DNA of 64,000 nucleotides, from contig JBFMAL010000009.1 of assembly GCA_040755615.1 (NCBI GenBank), positions 3,155 through 67,154 of the forward strand. Direction: 5' to 3'. Below are positions 19,189 through 28,633 of the stretch, one piece after another. The translations under genes and the position numbers were made by a program. Each line of letters opens with the position of its first letter. Positions within the stretch are counted from its first letter, which is position 1. The notes under the pieces were generated by a model. It saw nothing but the letters and a program-made list of their open reading frames with translations. It made no database searches and was not told where the DNA came from. The stretch comes from Bacillota bacterium (GTDB lineage: Bacteria > Bacillota > Sulfobacillia > DUSP01 > DYEP01).

Positions 19189-20067
19189 CTACACCCCGTT
19201 TGCGAACCCGGCCAGCACAGGCCGGGGATCTACATGATGAAGCGAAAAGTCCTGCAGCACCTCAGTACATCCCAGCGCCAGCGCCAAAAGTTGGGTGAAA
19301 TAAAGGACTGGCATCTGCCCTTTCACGTCGAGGTTGTACTGGCACAACGGACATGACGTCACTATGCAGTGAGCCCCATACCTGCCCGCGGAGCGAAGGA
19401 TGGCGCGCGCAGGCTCGCCTGACCTTTCATCTTCCGAGATGGACACGTACGCGCCGCAGCACTCAGTGCGGTACGGGTAATCCACCGGGGTAGCTCCCAG
19501 CGCTCTTATGAAGTCCTCGAAAATGGAGGGAGACTCTGCGTCGTCAAACTGCATATCCTCCGGCGGTCGAAGCAGAAGGCAGCCGTAGTACGGGGCTACG
19601 GAAAGCCCCGTGAGGGGCCGGGTGACCCTTTCTTTCAGCGCCTCGAACCCGAGGTCTGTTTTGAGCACCTCGAGCAGGTGCAGCACGCGGGCGTCCCCCC
19701 TGTAATCTGTCTCCACAAACGCAGATAATTTCCCCTGCACATCAGGGTCTTTCGCAACGCGCACGTTTGTCCTCTTCAGCACGTTGTAACAGCCGGAACA
19801 CATGGTCACAAGGTCCTCTCCCCTTGAGTGGGCGGAAGACAGCGTCCTGTACGGGGATACCAGCGCCATGTGGTTGTCGGAAGCCAGCGGGTACACAGCC
19901 CCGCAACACTGCCAATCCGGCAGTTCAACCAGCTCGATACCGAGTTCCCGGGCAGACGCAAGTGCTGAGGCCCCAAAGTTCTTCGCCTGCGTGTGCAGGG
20001 TACATCCAGGAAAGTAACTGTACCTCATTTGTCTTCCCGTGCCTTTCTTTAGCCGGGTGCCGGGCAC
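19189..20067 (-). CDS. hdrB: heterodisulfide reductase subunit B-like, second copy
   Basis: YFPGC...WQCCGA and YYGC...ECCGA CCG motifs. Confidence 0.85.
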   Translation of the reverse strand: MPGTRLKKGTGRQMRYSYFPGCTLHTQAKNFGASALASARELGIELVELPDWQCCGAVYPLASDNHMALVSPYRTLSSAHSRGEDLVTMCSGCYNVLKRTNVRVAKDPDVQGKLSAFVETDYRGDARVLHLLEVLKTDLGFEALKERVTRPLTGLSVAPYYGCLLLRPPEDMQFDDAESPSIFEDFIRALGATPVDYPYRTECCGAYVSISEDERSGEPARAILRSAGRYGAHCIVTSCPLCQYNLDVKGQMPVLYFTQLLALALGCTEVLQDFSLHHVDPRPVLAGFANGV

Positions 20068-20466
20068 CTAGCTGTATTTGCGAAGACCTCCGACCAGCGC
20101 TTGCTGTGGCATCGCCTCCAGCAGCTCGGGTGGCAGCCGGGTCGGATTCACGAAGTCCTTTCCTTCCCTTAAAAGCACCGTCCGGAGTGCCTCCATGATC
20201 CTGGAGAGGTCAACGGACCTCGGGCATCGCGACGCGCACGTATGGCAGGCCGCGCAGAGCCAGATGGTCCTTGAGGATAGCGCCACGGACTCCTGACCCA
20301 GCTGCAAGAGCCTCAGCACCCTGTGCGGCAGGTACTCCATCACTTCAGCCATGGGGCAGCCCGCAGAACACTTCCCGCACTGGTAACAGCCATGTATCTT
20401 TTCGCCGCTTATTTCCTCTACCCTGAAGACAAACTCGCTCCTTACCTTGTCAGCCGTCAGCTGCAA
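20068..20466 (-). CDS. hdrC: heterodisulfide reductase subunit C-like, second copy (TTG start)
   Basis: CYQCGKCSAGCP and CAACHTCASRCP motifs. Starts with TTG after GGGGGAG. Confidence 0.7.
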   Translation of the reverse strand: MQLTADKVRSEFVFRVEEISGEKIHGCYQCGKCSAGCPMAEVMEYLPHRVLRLLQLGQESVALSSRTIWLCAACHTCASRCPRSVDLSRIMEALRTVLLREGKDFVNPTRLPPELLEAMPQQALVGGLRKYS

Positions 20467-20523
20467 AGTCTCATCTCCCCCTTGAGTGCCCGGGAGGGGC
20501 GCTCCCTCACGGGCGACCGGTTA

Positions 20524-21765
20524 CTAAAATCTCTCGAGCGCCCGCTTCACCAGTTCCTCTGTATGTAGAGCCACTTCAGCGGGATCCACTGATAACCTAG
20601 CAACGCCGCTCTCCATGGCAGCTTTGGCCACTGCGGCAGCTACCGCGGGCGCTACCCGGCGGTCGAACGCCTTAGGTATGACGTAGTCGGCCGAGAGTTC
20701 ATCCGGGGCGATAAGATCGGCGATGGCCCTCGCTGCAGCCACCTTCATGGGCTCGTTGATATCCTTCGCCCTCACGTCCAGCGCCCCGCGCAGCACACCC
20801 GGGAACGCCAGCACGTTGTTGACCTGGTTCGGGAAGTCCGAGCGGCCCGTGCCAACAACTTCTGCGCCTCCAGCAAACGCCTCTTCCGGGAAGATTTCCG
20901 GCATGGGGTTTGCCATGGCAAACACCACCGCACGCTTTGCCATGGACTTCACCATCTCCCGCGTGACCAATCCGGGACCTGACACGCCGATGAACACGTC
21001 CGCGCCGCGCATGGCCTCCGCCAGGTCTCCCTTCACCATATCCTTGTTGGTGCGCTCCGCAATGCGTTCTTTGTAGACATTCATGCCGTGCTCGCGCCCT
21101 TTGTAGATGGCACCGGCCCTGTCGCATAAGATCACATCGCCAAGTCCCAGATCCATAAGCAAGAGCGTGGTGGCGATGCCGGCCGCGCCCGCGCCGACCA
21201 CCACCGCCTTAATACCTGAAAGCTCTTTTCCCACGATCTTAAGTGCGTTGAACATCGCCGCGGTGACTACTATGGCTGTCCCGTGCTGGTCATCGTGGAA
21301 AATGGGGATGTTGGTTTCAGCCTTCAGTCTCTCTTCGATATAGAAGCAGCGGGGGGCGGAAATGTCCTCGAGGTTTACCCCTCCGAAAGTGGGCTCAAGC
21401 TTCTTCACGAGGTCTACGATTTCGTCGGGGTCATTTGTAGCGACGCAGATGGGAAAGGCATCCACACCACCGAAGCACTTGAACAATACGGACTTGCCTT
21501 CCATTACAGGCATGGCAGCCTCGGGACCGATGTCGCCCAGCCCGAGCACGGCTGTGCCGTCGGAAACCACGGCGACCAGGTTGCTCTTGGCCGTGTACTC
21601 GTAGACCTTTGATACATCACGGTAAATTTCGATGCAGGGCTCCGCTACCCCAGGCGTGTACGCCAGGCTGAGGTCTCGCTTATCGAGTACGGGCACCTTG
21701 CTTACAACCTCCACCTTGCCCACATTGTCCCTATGCAGCTTGAGCGCGTCCTCTCGAATGGACAT
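20524..21765 (-). CDS. NAD(P)-dependent malic enzyme (short MaeB-type)
   Basis: Malic enzyme N-terminal domain (LSLAYTPGVAEPC) and NAD-binding domain (VVVGAGAAGIA). Confidence 0.85.
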   Translation of the reverse strand: MSIREDALKLHRDNVGKVEVVSKVPVLDKRDLSLAYTPGVAEPCIEIYRDVSKVYEYTAKSNLVAVVSDGTAVLGLGDIGPEAAMPVMEGKSVLFKCFGGVDAFPICVATNDPDEIVDLVKKLEPTFGGVNLEDISAPRCFYIEERLKAETNIPIFHDDQHGTAIVVTAAMFNALKIVGKELSGIKAVVVGAGAAGIATTLLLMDLGLGDVILCDRAGAIYKGREHGMNVYKERIAERTNKDMVKGDLAEAMRGADVFIGVSGPGLVTREMVKSMAKRAVVFAMANPMPEIFPEEAFAGGAEVVGTGRSDFPNQVNNVLAFPGVLRGALDVRAKDINEPMKVAAARAIADLIAPDELSADYVIPKAFDRRVAPAVAAAVAKAAMESGVARLSVDPAEVALHTEELVKRALERF

Positions 21766-21775
21766 AATCTACCTC

Positions 21776-22324
21776 CTAACGTTTATAACGCTTCTGCCCT
21801 TCCTCGTAAACATCACGTCCCTCCGTGTCGATACCAACTATCGCCGGGAAATGTTCGACTTCGAGCCTGTATACCGCTTCGGGGCCCAGGTCCGGGTAGG
21901 CCACCACTTCCGCCTTCCTGATGCGTTGAGCGAGCAGTGCTCCCGCTCCTCCGACAGCGAGAAAATACACGGCGGCCACATCTTTCATAGCGTCCTTGAC
22001 TGCCTGGCTTCTTTTGCCCTTGCCGATCATCCCCCGAAGACCCGCTTGTGTTAGCATAGCAGGGGTGTACGCGTCCATCCGTCCGCTCGTGGTGGGCCCG
22101 GCGGATCCGATGACCTGGCCTGGTTTGGCAGGGCAGGGACCGACGTAGTAAATGATCTGGTCAGTCAGGTCTACAGGCAGGGGCTGACCGGCCGCTATCG
22201 CCTCCGTCATCCGCTTGTGCGCCGCGTCGCGGGCGGTGTAGATCACGCCGGAGATGAGCACGCGGTCCCCCGCGATCAACGATCTGGCCTGGGACTTGTC
22301 AAACGGGGTAGTGATCCTTCTCAT
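21776..22324 (-). CDS. fumB: class I fumarate hydratase, beta subunit (C-terminal catalytic domain)
   Basis: Fe-S hydro-lyase beta-type sequence (LISGVIYTARDAAHKRM, GPTTSGRMD). Confidence 0.85.
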   Translation of the reverse strand: MRRITTPFDKSQARSLIAGDRVLISGVIYTARDAAHKRMTEAIAAGQPLPVDLTDQIIYYVGPCPAKPGQVIGSAGPTTSGRMDAYTPAMLTQAGLRGMIGKGKRSQAVKDAMKDVAAVYFLAVGGAGALLAQRIRKAEVVAYPDLGPEAVYRLEVEHFPAIVGIDTEGRDVYEEGQKRYKR

Positions 22325-22336
22325 CTAGGCTTCACC

Positions 22337-23179
22337 TCACAACTGGATTTCCGCGTGCCTTGCGGCGTGGCACTGGATGTTCACGGCTACGGGCAGCGCG
22401 CCGATGTGCGTAGGGTGGGTCTCCACGTGGACAGCGAGCGCGGTGATCCGGCCGCCCAGCCCCTGCGGGCCGATGCCGGTGTTGTTCACCGCCTCAAGTA
22501 TCTCGGACTCAAGTTTCTCCACCTCGGGGTCTGGATGGTGCTGGCCGACAGGTCGAAGCAGCGCCTTCTTGGCGAGCAGCGCGGCGGTCTCCATCATGCC
22601 CCCCACTCCCACCCCCACGATGATGGGGGGGCACGGGTTTGATCCCGCCCTACTCACGGTCTCGACCACGAAGTCCACCACGCCGCGCTTTCCGTCGGCG
22701 GGTACCATCATCCTGAGCTGGCTCATGTTCTCACTGCCAGTACCCTTGGGGCATACGACGATCTTTAAGCGATCCCCAGGCACGATGCAGGTGTGGACGA
22801 TGGCCGGGGTGTTATCCCCCGTGTTCTTCCTGTCAAAAGGATCCCGCACTACCGATTTCCTCAGGTACCCACGGGAGTATCCCCTGCGCACGCCCTCGTC
22901 GATGGCCTCCTGCAGAGAGCCCCCGGTAAAATGCACGTCCTGCCCGACTTCAAGGAACACAATGGCGACGCCGGTATCTTGGCAAATGGGGACCTCAGCT
23001 GACCTGGCCAGTTCGGCATTTTCAATGAGCAGTCCGATGATCTCCCTTCCGACTTCCGATTCCTCCGCTTCTTTTGCCCACCGGAGGCGTTCCAACACGT
23101 CACTGGGCAGCCGGTTGGCGGCCTGGATACACAGCTGCTCCACCGCGTCGGTCACCTTTGACACCGGTATCTCTCTCAA
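22337..23179 (-). CDS. fumA: class I fumarate hydratase, alpha subunit (TTG start)
   Basis: Fe-S hydro-lyase alpha-type sequence (ICQDTGVAIVFLEVGQ, Cys ligands). AAGGAGGG RBS 8 nt before TTG at 23179; the longer track ORF to 23380 has no RBS. Confidence 0.8.
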   Translation of the reverse strand: MREIPVSKVTDAVEQLCIQAANRLPSDVLERLRWAKEAEESEVGREIIGLLIENAELARSAEVPICQDTGVAIVFLEVGQDVHFTGGSLQEAIDEGVRRGYSRGYLRKSVVRDPFDRKNTGDNTPAIVHTCIVPGDRLKIVVCPKGTGSENMSQLRMMVPADGKRGVVDFVVETVSRAGSNPCPPIIVGVGVGGMMETAALLAKKALLRPVGQHHPDPEVEKLESEILEAVNNTGIGPQGLGGRITALAVHVETHPTHIGALPVAVNIQCHAARHAEIQL

Positions 23180-23376
23180 GTCGATTCCCTCCTTGCCGAC
23201 AAAATGAAGACCGGCTTCCCTGGCAATACCCTGTGAAGCCGGTAACCGTACCCGGTTTGCGCATGCCGGGTGACCCCGGCCCGCTGCAGGTACGAAGGCC
23301 GAATAAATCGCTTCCCGCACGCGACTTCGAGTTCCATCCCGCGCGGTCTGCACCATATTATCGGGAGATGAAGCGC

Positions 23377-23706
23377 TCAAGGTCTCCTTTTCAGATGGTA
23401 TGCCCTGAACTTCTCCCTGATGATCTTCATAGCAGTGATGATAGCCTTCTGGGCGCTCCCGTGGTAACGCTCCTCGATGTCCGCCACGATGGCGTCAAAG
23501 TCCTCCTCGAGGTTTAGCCCCTTCACCATGCGGATGAAGAAGTCCCTGCCTACCCCCGTGGCCAGCGTGCACTCAGCAGCGAGTATGTAGCCCCTTTGGT
23601 CCACCTCAAGGCCCACACCCACCACTTTGTACAGCTCAGACGCGGTGATACCTGCAGGCAGTTTTGCATACCCCGAGAAAAACAGGGTATCCCGGGATCC
23701 GCCCAA
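23377..23706 (-). CDS. small conserved hypothetical protein in the metF-fumA operon
   Basis: 109-aa ORF with good codon usage, overlapping the fumA-extension ORF by 4 nt. No recognisable motif. Confidence 0.4.
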   Translation of the reverse strand: MGGSRDTLFFSGYAKLPAGITASELYKVVGVGLEVDQRGYILAAECTLATGVGRDFFIRMVKGLNLEEDFDAIVADIEERYHGSAQKAIITAMKIIREKFRAYHLKRRP

Positions 23707-23785
23707 AATGCCCTCACCTCCACATGCGTTAGTGTTCAGAATTCTACGGCACGATTGGGAATCCTTCTATGTGCATGTTTTCACA

Positions 23786-24709
23786 TCAGGTCATCGCAGG
23801 TCTGGGCAGCAGCCCGCAGCGCTCCACGATCTCAGGCACGATGGATTCCCACGCGATGGCCATGATATGCACGCCCTTAACGCCTGGGATCTCCATGCAC
23901 TGCTTAATGATTTCAACGCAGATAGCGACGCCTTCTTCCGCCTGCCGATCCTTGGGCACGCCTTTCATGCGGGACAGCAGCTCGTCGGGCACGGCCATAC
24001 CGGGGACCTCCTTCATGTACTTAAGTGCCCCGTAGGACTTGGCCGGCACTACTCCAGCCATGATGTATACCTTTTCATGAAGTCCCATGTCGCGCACCAT
24101 CTCCATCCACTTGGCGAACCGTCTTAAATCGAAAATCGCCTGTGTCTGGATGAAGTCCGCGCCCGCAGCCACTTTCTTGGCCAGGCGCATCGCACGGAAC
24201 TCGAATGGGTCGCCGAAAGGATTCTCCGCGGCGCCGATAAACATCCTGGGCTCCACCTTGCACTCCTCGCCGGACAGAAACACGCGGTCATCCCGCAGAC
24301 GTTTCACCATGTTGATGAGCTGGATGGAATCAAGGTCGTACACGTTCTTCCCGGTCGGGTGATTGCCGAAGGACTGGTGGTCACCTGACAGGCACAGGAT
24401 GTCACGGATCCCGAGACTGTACGCGCCCAGGATATCGCTCTGCATGGCGATGCGGTTTCGGTCCCTGCAGGTCATCTGCATGATGGGCGTAGCCCCCGCG
24501 TTCAGCACGTGCACAGACGCGGCGATGGAAGACAGCCGCACAATGGCAGTCTGGTTGTCAGTCAGGTTCACGCCGTCAACAAAGTCGCGCAGGAGTTCCG
24601 CATGCTTGGTAATGCTTTTTGAGGACGCGCTCTTTGGCGGCCCGCACTCGGCCGTCACAACGAAGTGGCCAGCATGAAACAGTCTTTCCAGCTTGCTGTC
24701 TGTTTTCAC
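23786..24709 (-). CDS. metF: 5,10-methylenetetrahydrofolate reductase
   Basis: MTHFR TIM-barrel family (FVVTAECGPP, FIQTQAIFD). 4-nt overlap with metV. Confidence 0.85.
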   Translation of the reverse strand: MKTDSKLERLFHAGHFVVTAECGPPKSASSKSITKHAELLRDFVDGVNLTDNQTAIVRLSSIAASVHVLNAGATPIMQMTCRDRNRIAMQSDILGAYSLGIRDILCLSGDHQSFGNHPTGKNVYDLDSIQLINMVKRLRDDRVFLSGEECKVEPRMFIGAAENPFGDPFEFRAMRLAKKVAAGADFIQTQAIFDLRRFAKWMEMVRDMGLHEKVYIMAGVVPAKSYGALKYMKEVPGMAVPDELLSRMKGVPKDRQAEEGVAICVEIIKQCMEIPGVKGVHIMAIAWESIVPEIVERCGLLPRPAMT

Positions 24710-25374
24710 AGCGCCACGTCCTCCCTTCTCACGCGCCTCGGCCCGCCGTCGCGCGCCCGCGACCAGTCTTTAGGCGGGATGATTTCCATCATGAGCCACA
24801 GCTTCCCCAGTTCCTTCAGCCTGTCATAGATGAGCTGCCACGCGCAGTCCGTCTCCTTGGATACCTCGCACTTGCCGCCAGATGAGCCCCCGCATGGACC
24901 GTTCAGGAGGCTCTTTGAGCACCTGATGATAGGGCAGATCCCACCGGTCAGGTGGAGGATGCACTGGCCGCAGAAACCGCAGCGCTCTTCCCACTGGCCT
25001 GCGGTCACCGCACCTCCGCCGAACTTAGTATCAAGCGCGGGCACCACCCACGCGCTGCGGTAGCGCTCGGACAGAAACTGCACGCCTACACCGCACCCCA
25101 TGGAGACGATGGTATCCACGTCTTCCATGTCTTGTGCGATCTCCTCCAGGAACTCAGGGTCACACTGCCGGTTGAGCGTGGCGGTCTTGATTTCCACATC
25201 CCTTTTGGCCTGCCTGAAGTGGAGCCGGAGCAGACTGGCCAGCACCTCCACTTCGCGCTGCCCGCCGGCCTGGCATACCGTGACGCATTCGGAGCATCCG
25301 GCCACCAGTATGCGCCGGGCGTCTTTCAGAAAACCGATTATCTCAGGCAGGGGTTTTCTCTCTGCGACAATCAT
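24706..25374 (-). CDS. metV: MetV: MTHFR-associated zinc-ribbon/Fe-S small subunit
   Basis: Cys-rich MTHFR C-terminal-like protein (ILVAGCSECVTVCQAGG, CGFCGQC, NGPCGGSSGGKCE). Positioned immediately upstream of metF as in acetogen metVF. Confidence 0.75.
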   Translation of the reverse strand: MIVAERKPLPEIIGFLKDARRILVAGCSECVTVCQAGGQREVEVLASLLRLHFRQAKRDVEIKTATLNRQCDPEFLEEIAQDMEDVDTIVSMGCGVGVQFLSERYRSAWVVPALDTKFGGGAVTAGQWEERCGFCGQCILHLTGGICPIIRCSKSLLNGPCGGSSGGKCEVSKETDCAWQLIYDRLKELGKLWLMMEIIPPKDWSRARDGGPRRVRREDVAL

Positions 25375-25395
25375 CTCGCCTTTCCCCTCCTCCTT

Positions 25396-26238
25396 TTAGT
25401 ACTCCTGGGGCATCTGGCGAAGCTGTTCGTACGTGAACACGGGTCCGTCCTTGCACACGTACCTCGGTCCGATGTTGCAGCGGCCGCACTTGCCCACGCC
25501 ACACTTCATCCTCATCTCGAGGGTGGTTACGATCTGGGACGGGGAAAACCCGAGCTTCTCCAGGTTCTGCAGCACAAACTTGATCATGATGGGAGGGCCG
25601 CACGTAATGGCGATGGTGTTTTCAGGACTTGGACCTACCTCCATTAGTACCGCAGGCACAAACCCCTCCCTGCCGGTCCACGTCTCGTCACCCCGGTCCA
25701 CAGTCAGGTAAAACCGGATGTCCTCCCGCTTCTCCCATTTCTCCAGCTCCCACTTAAACACCAGGTCGCCAGGGCTTCTCGCCCCGTAGATGATCGTCAC
25801 GTCGCGGAATTTGCCGCGGTGCTCGTCATCGAGCACGTAGGTGATGAGCGACCGCAGCGGGGCAAGTCCGATGCCTCCCGCGATGAACACCAGGTGTTTG
25901 CCTTCCATGATTTCCACGGGGAAGTGGTTGCCGTACGGTCCTCGCACGCCGATGAGCTCGCCGGGCGCGGAATAGTGCAGCGCCGTGGTCACCTCCCCAG
26001 CCTTCTTTATGGAAAACTCGAGGTAACCTTTTTGGGTTGGCGACGAGGTAATAGATATGGGCGCCTCGCCCACGCCGAACACGGACAGCTCGGCGAACTG
26101 CCCCGGCCTGTACTGGAAGCTATCCCACACCGATTCGTCCTCGAACACCACCCTGAACGTTTTCACGTCGTTCGCTGCGGTTTCAGTGATGATCTCTTTG
26201 ATCCTTGCTTTGTGGGGAATATAAAGGTTTGACATCAC
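25396..26238 (-). CDS. NfnA/AsrB/HydG-like FAD- and [2Fe-2S]-containing NAD(P)H oxidoreductase subunit (PyrK family)
   Basis: Ferredoxin-NADP reductase-type FAD/NAD domains (RPGQFAEL, LVFIAGGIGLAPL) and C-terminal CGVGKCGRCN 2Fe-2S motif. 280 aa. Confidence 0.7.
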   Translation of the reverse strand: MMSNLYIPHKARIKEIITETAANDVKTFRVVFEDESVWDSFQYRPGQFAELSVFGVGEAPISITSSPTQKGYLEFSIKKAGEVTTALHYSAPGELIGVRGPYGNHFPVEIMEGKHLVFIAGGIGLAPLRSLITYVLDDEHRGKFRDVTIIYGARSPGDLVFKWELEKWEKREDIRFYLTVDRGDETWTGREGFVPAVLMEVGPSPENTIAITCGPPIMIKFVLQNLEKLGFSPSQIVTTLEMRMKCGVGKCGRCNIGPRYVCKDGPVFTYEQLRQMPQEY

Positions 26239-27245
26239 TTCACCTCCCCGATCTCGGAGATGACCTCACGGATATCTGTGTTCACAGGGCATACCTCCAC
26301 GCAGCGCCCGCAACCCACACACGCAATGGCGCCGGAGTTCACCGGGAAATAATTGAACTTGTGCATGATACGCTGGCGCATGCGCTGCTTACCCGAGGTC
26401 CTCGGGTTGTGACCTGAGGTGTGCAGGGTAAACAGCGGGAACATGCACGAGTCCCAGTTTCTCACCCGGTGGCCTTCGGTGGTCTTTGCCTCATCGGTCA
26501 CGTCAAAACAGTGGCACGTGGGGCAAAGGTACGCGCACGCGGCGCAGCCCAAGCATTTTTCGTGGATCCTGTCCCAGATCTCGTGTTCGAACATGTGAGT
26601 GAGCTTGTCGGGCAGGACCTCCGCTGGATATCTCGGCATCATATCGCGCGCGAGGTCGGCAAGGGCAGATGCGCGCGCTTCTACTTCGCCTGAACCTTCA
26701 GGCAGTTCCCCCACGAGCGCCTCGCCCCGTCCGGTCAGCGGGTACACCGCGTATTCGTCCCCTGTGTCAACAAACAGTACGTCAAGCCCTTCTGTACCGT
26801 GAGGATCCCCGGCTACGGAGGTGCAGAAACACGAGCGCAAAGGCTTGTTGCAGCCAAGCCCGACGAGCACGGTGCGTTCCCTCTTTGCCTTGTACAGATC
26901 ATCGGTGAAGCGCTCGTCAAGGAATACCCTGTCAAGCAGCGCAAGGCTTCTGGCATCACAGGGTCTTACGCCGAATACTACCGTCTGCTCATGGTCCTGG
27001 TCTATTGGTGATAGCTCCGCGTTCATCCTGTCGCCAGTATAGGCAAACATCCGCTCCGACCTCGGGAAAAACAGCTCTTTCAGGGGTTTCCAGGTGTTCC
27101 GGCCCAAATCCAACTCGGCCCCGGGTTCCCACGGAGCGAGATTTGTCATCTCATCTTGCCGCGCGGGGGCAAGCACCCTGGCCGACTGGGACCACTTACC
27201 CAAAAGGCACGGCAGGTCTTTCTTCTGTAGTATCTTGACGGCCAT
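26235..27245 (-). CDS. AsrA/HydB-like Fe-S subunit (anaerobic sulfite reductase A / sulfhydrogenase beta family)
   Basis: CLGCAACAYLCPTCHCFD and CVGCGRCVEVCPV motifs. Start at ATG 27245 (MAVKILQKKDLP, AGGGGG RBS) rather than the track start at 27326. Confidence 0.65.
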   Translation of the reverse strand: MAVKILQKKDLPCLLGKWSQSARVLAPARQDEMTNLAPWEPGAELDLGRNTWKPLKELFFPRSERMFAYTGDRMNAELSPIDQDHEQTVVFGVRPCDARSLALLDRVFLDERFTDDLYKAKRERTVLVGLGCNKPLRSCFCTSVAGDPHGTEGLDVLFVDTGDEYAVYPLTGRGEALVGELPEGSGEVEARASALADLARDMMPRYPAEVLPDKLTHMFEHEIWDRIHEKCLGCAACAYLCPTCHCFDVTDEAKTTEGHRVRNWDSCMFPLFTLHTSGHNPRTSGKQRMRQRIMHKFNYFPVNSGAIACVGCGRCVEVCPVNTDIREVISEIGEVK

Positions 27246-27258
27246 AGTAGCGCCCCCT

Positions 27259-28197
27259 CTACTTGATAAAGTCATTGGGATCATCCGCCCTGAAGGTGGA
27301 GAGCACCTGCTTTCCCTCGTGCTCAAGCCCTGCAGTAAAGCCGAACAGTTCTCTCACGTCCCGCTCTAGCTTTTTGTTCAGCGCCCGCAGGTCCACGCCC
27401 ATCGGACACGCCTTCACGCACGCGCCGCAGTCTACGCATCGGCCGGCGAGGTGCAAGGCCCTTATAATATGGAAGATCGCCGTATCGCTCGGATCGTCCG
27501 TGCCGCCCACCCACCTCGGGGCCGAGCGGTCTACGAAACACTCCTTGCAGTAGCAGCCGGGGCACGCCTGCCTGCAGGCGTAGCACCTGATGCACTTTTC
27601 AAACTGGGCGGTAAAATATGCCCAGCGCTCATCCGGCGTGAGTCTTTCCATGTCGTCCACGAGGGCAAAGGGTTCCGCCACCTGCGCCGCAGCGGCTTCA
27701 CCCAGCTTTATCGCAGCGCCCGGTGCCTCCTTCACCTCGCACGTCTCGCAGGACGGGTGGAGCACTTCAAAAAGCTGTAGCGTCTCCTCCCAACCGTCGC
27801 CGCGCACGCGGACGGTGTCGCCGTCCATCTCCGCACCGGTGATCTCCTTTCCCGAAAGCCGCCGAGAAAGCCTGTCTCGTCCGATCACTCCCTGGCACGG
27901 CACGCCGATGACCACCACGTTACCGGGGTCAAGCTGCCTCTCCCTCAGGTATTCCTGCACCGAGCGGGCGTCGCAGCCCTTAGCCACCACCGCGAGGCGT
28001 TTCCCGGCGTATCGCGGAAGGTAGGTGGACAGGTTGTTCTCGCACGTGGCGTCGAATACGGCGCACTCCGCATCTTCTGCGTTCCTTATAAACACGGGGG
28101 TCGAGCGCAGCGGCAGGCTGCCCTTTGCGTACGCGATCACCAGGTCCACTTTGCCGCCGGCCAGCATCTCACGTATAACGCGTCTAAGCTCTTCCAC
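27259..28197 (-). CDS. FrhB/FdhB-family-like Fe-S protein, second paralog
   Basis: CIRCYACRQACPGCYCKEC and CVDCGACVKACP motifs similar to the 9782-10888 gene, with an N-terminal domain resembling FrhB_N. Confidence 0.5.
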   Translation of the reverse strand: MEELRRVIREMLAGGKVDLVIAYAKGSLPLRSTPVFIRNAEDAECAVFDATCENNLSTYLPRYAGKRLAVVAKGCDARSVQEYLRERQLDPGNVVVIGVPCQGVIGRDRLSRRLSGKEITGAEMDGDTVRVRGDGWEETLQLFEVLHPSCETCEVKEAPGAAIKLGEAAAAQVAEPFALVDDMERLTPDERWAYFTAQFEKCIRCYACRQACPGCYCKECFVDRSAPRWVGGTDDPSDTAIFHIIRALHLAGRCVDCGACVKACPMGVDLRALNKKLERDVRELFGFTAGLEHEGKQVLSTFRADDPNDFIK

Positions 28198-28633
28198 GCG
28201 CCGTCCCTCCTTTCACTAGTTTGACAGAGGGACCAAGCTCTTTCACCGTCTCTGTCACTTCTTTGATCACCTGGGCGAACTTTTGCCCCTCAGCCGCCGA
28301 CACCCAGGAAAACTGGACCCGGCCGGGCTCGATCCCCATGTACTCAAGGAGGTTCTTAAGCAGCAAAAACCTCCTCCGCGCCAGCAGGTTGCCGGCGAGG
28401 TAATGGCAATCACCGGGGTGGCAGCCGGAGACGAGCACGCCGTCAGCGCCGCGCTGCAGCGCCTTCAAGATGAATATGGGGTTTATTGACCCGGAGCACG
28501 GTACCCGGATGACCCTCACGTTGGGCGGGTACTGGAACCTGGATATCCCGGCCAGGTCTGCCCCGGCGTAGCTGCACCAGTGGCAAAGGAATGCCACGAT
28601 CCGCGGTTCCCAGTTGGCTTCTTTGTTTACCAT
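28184..28633 (-). CDS. mvhD: MvhD-type hydrogenase iron-sulfur subunit, second copy
   Basis: RIVAFLCHWCSYAGADLAG ... CSGSINP ... GCHPGDCHY. Start at ATG 28633 with GGAGGTG RBS; the longer track ORF would overlap hdrL. Confidence 0.75.
   Translation of the reverse strand: MVNKEANWEPRIVAFLCHWCSYAGADLAGISRFQYPPNVRVIRVPCSGSINPIFILKALQRGADGVLVSGCHPGDCHYLAGNLLARRRFLLLKNLLEYMGIEPGRVQFSWVSAAEGQKFAQVIKEVTETVKELGPSVKLVKGGTARGRA

Noticed and set aside
22337-23380. Longer 347-aa fumA ORF starting at ATG 23380
   Set aside because: The N-terminal 67 residues are not fumarase-like and lack an RBS. A TTG at 23179 has a strong AAGGAGGG site, yields the canonical ~280-aa alpha subunit, and avoids overlap with the upstream small ORF.
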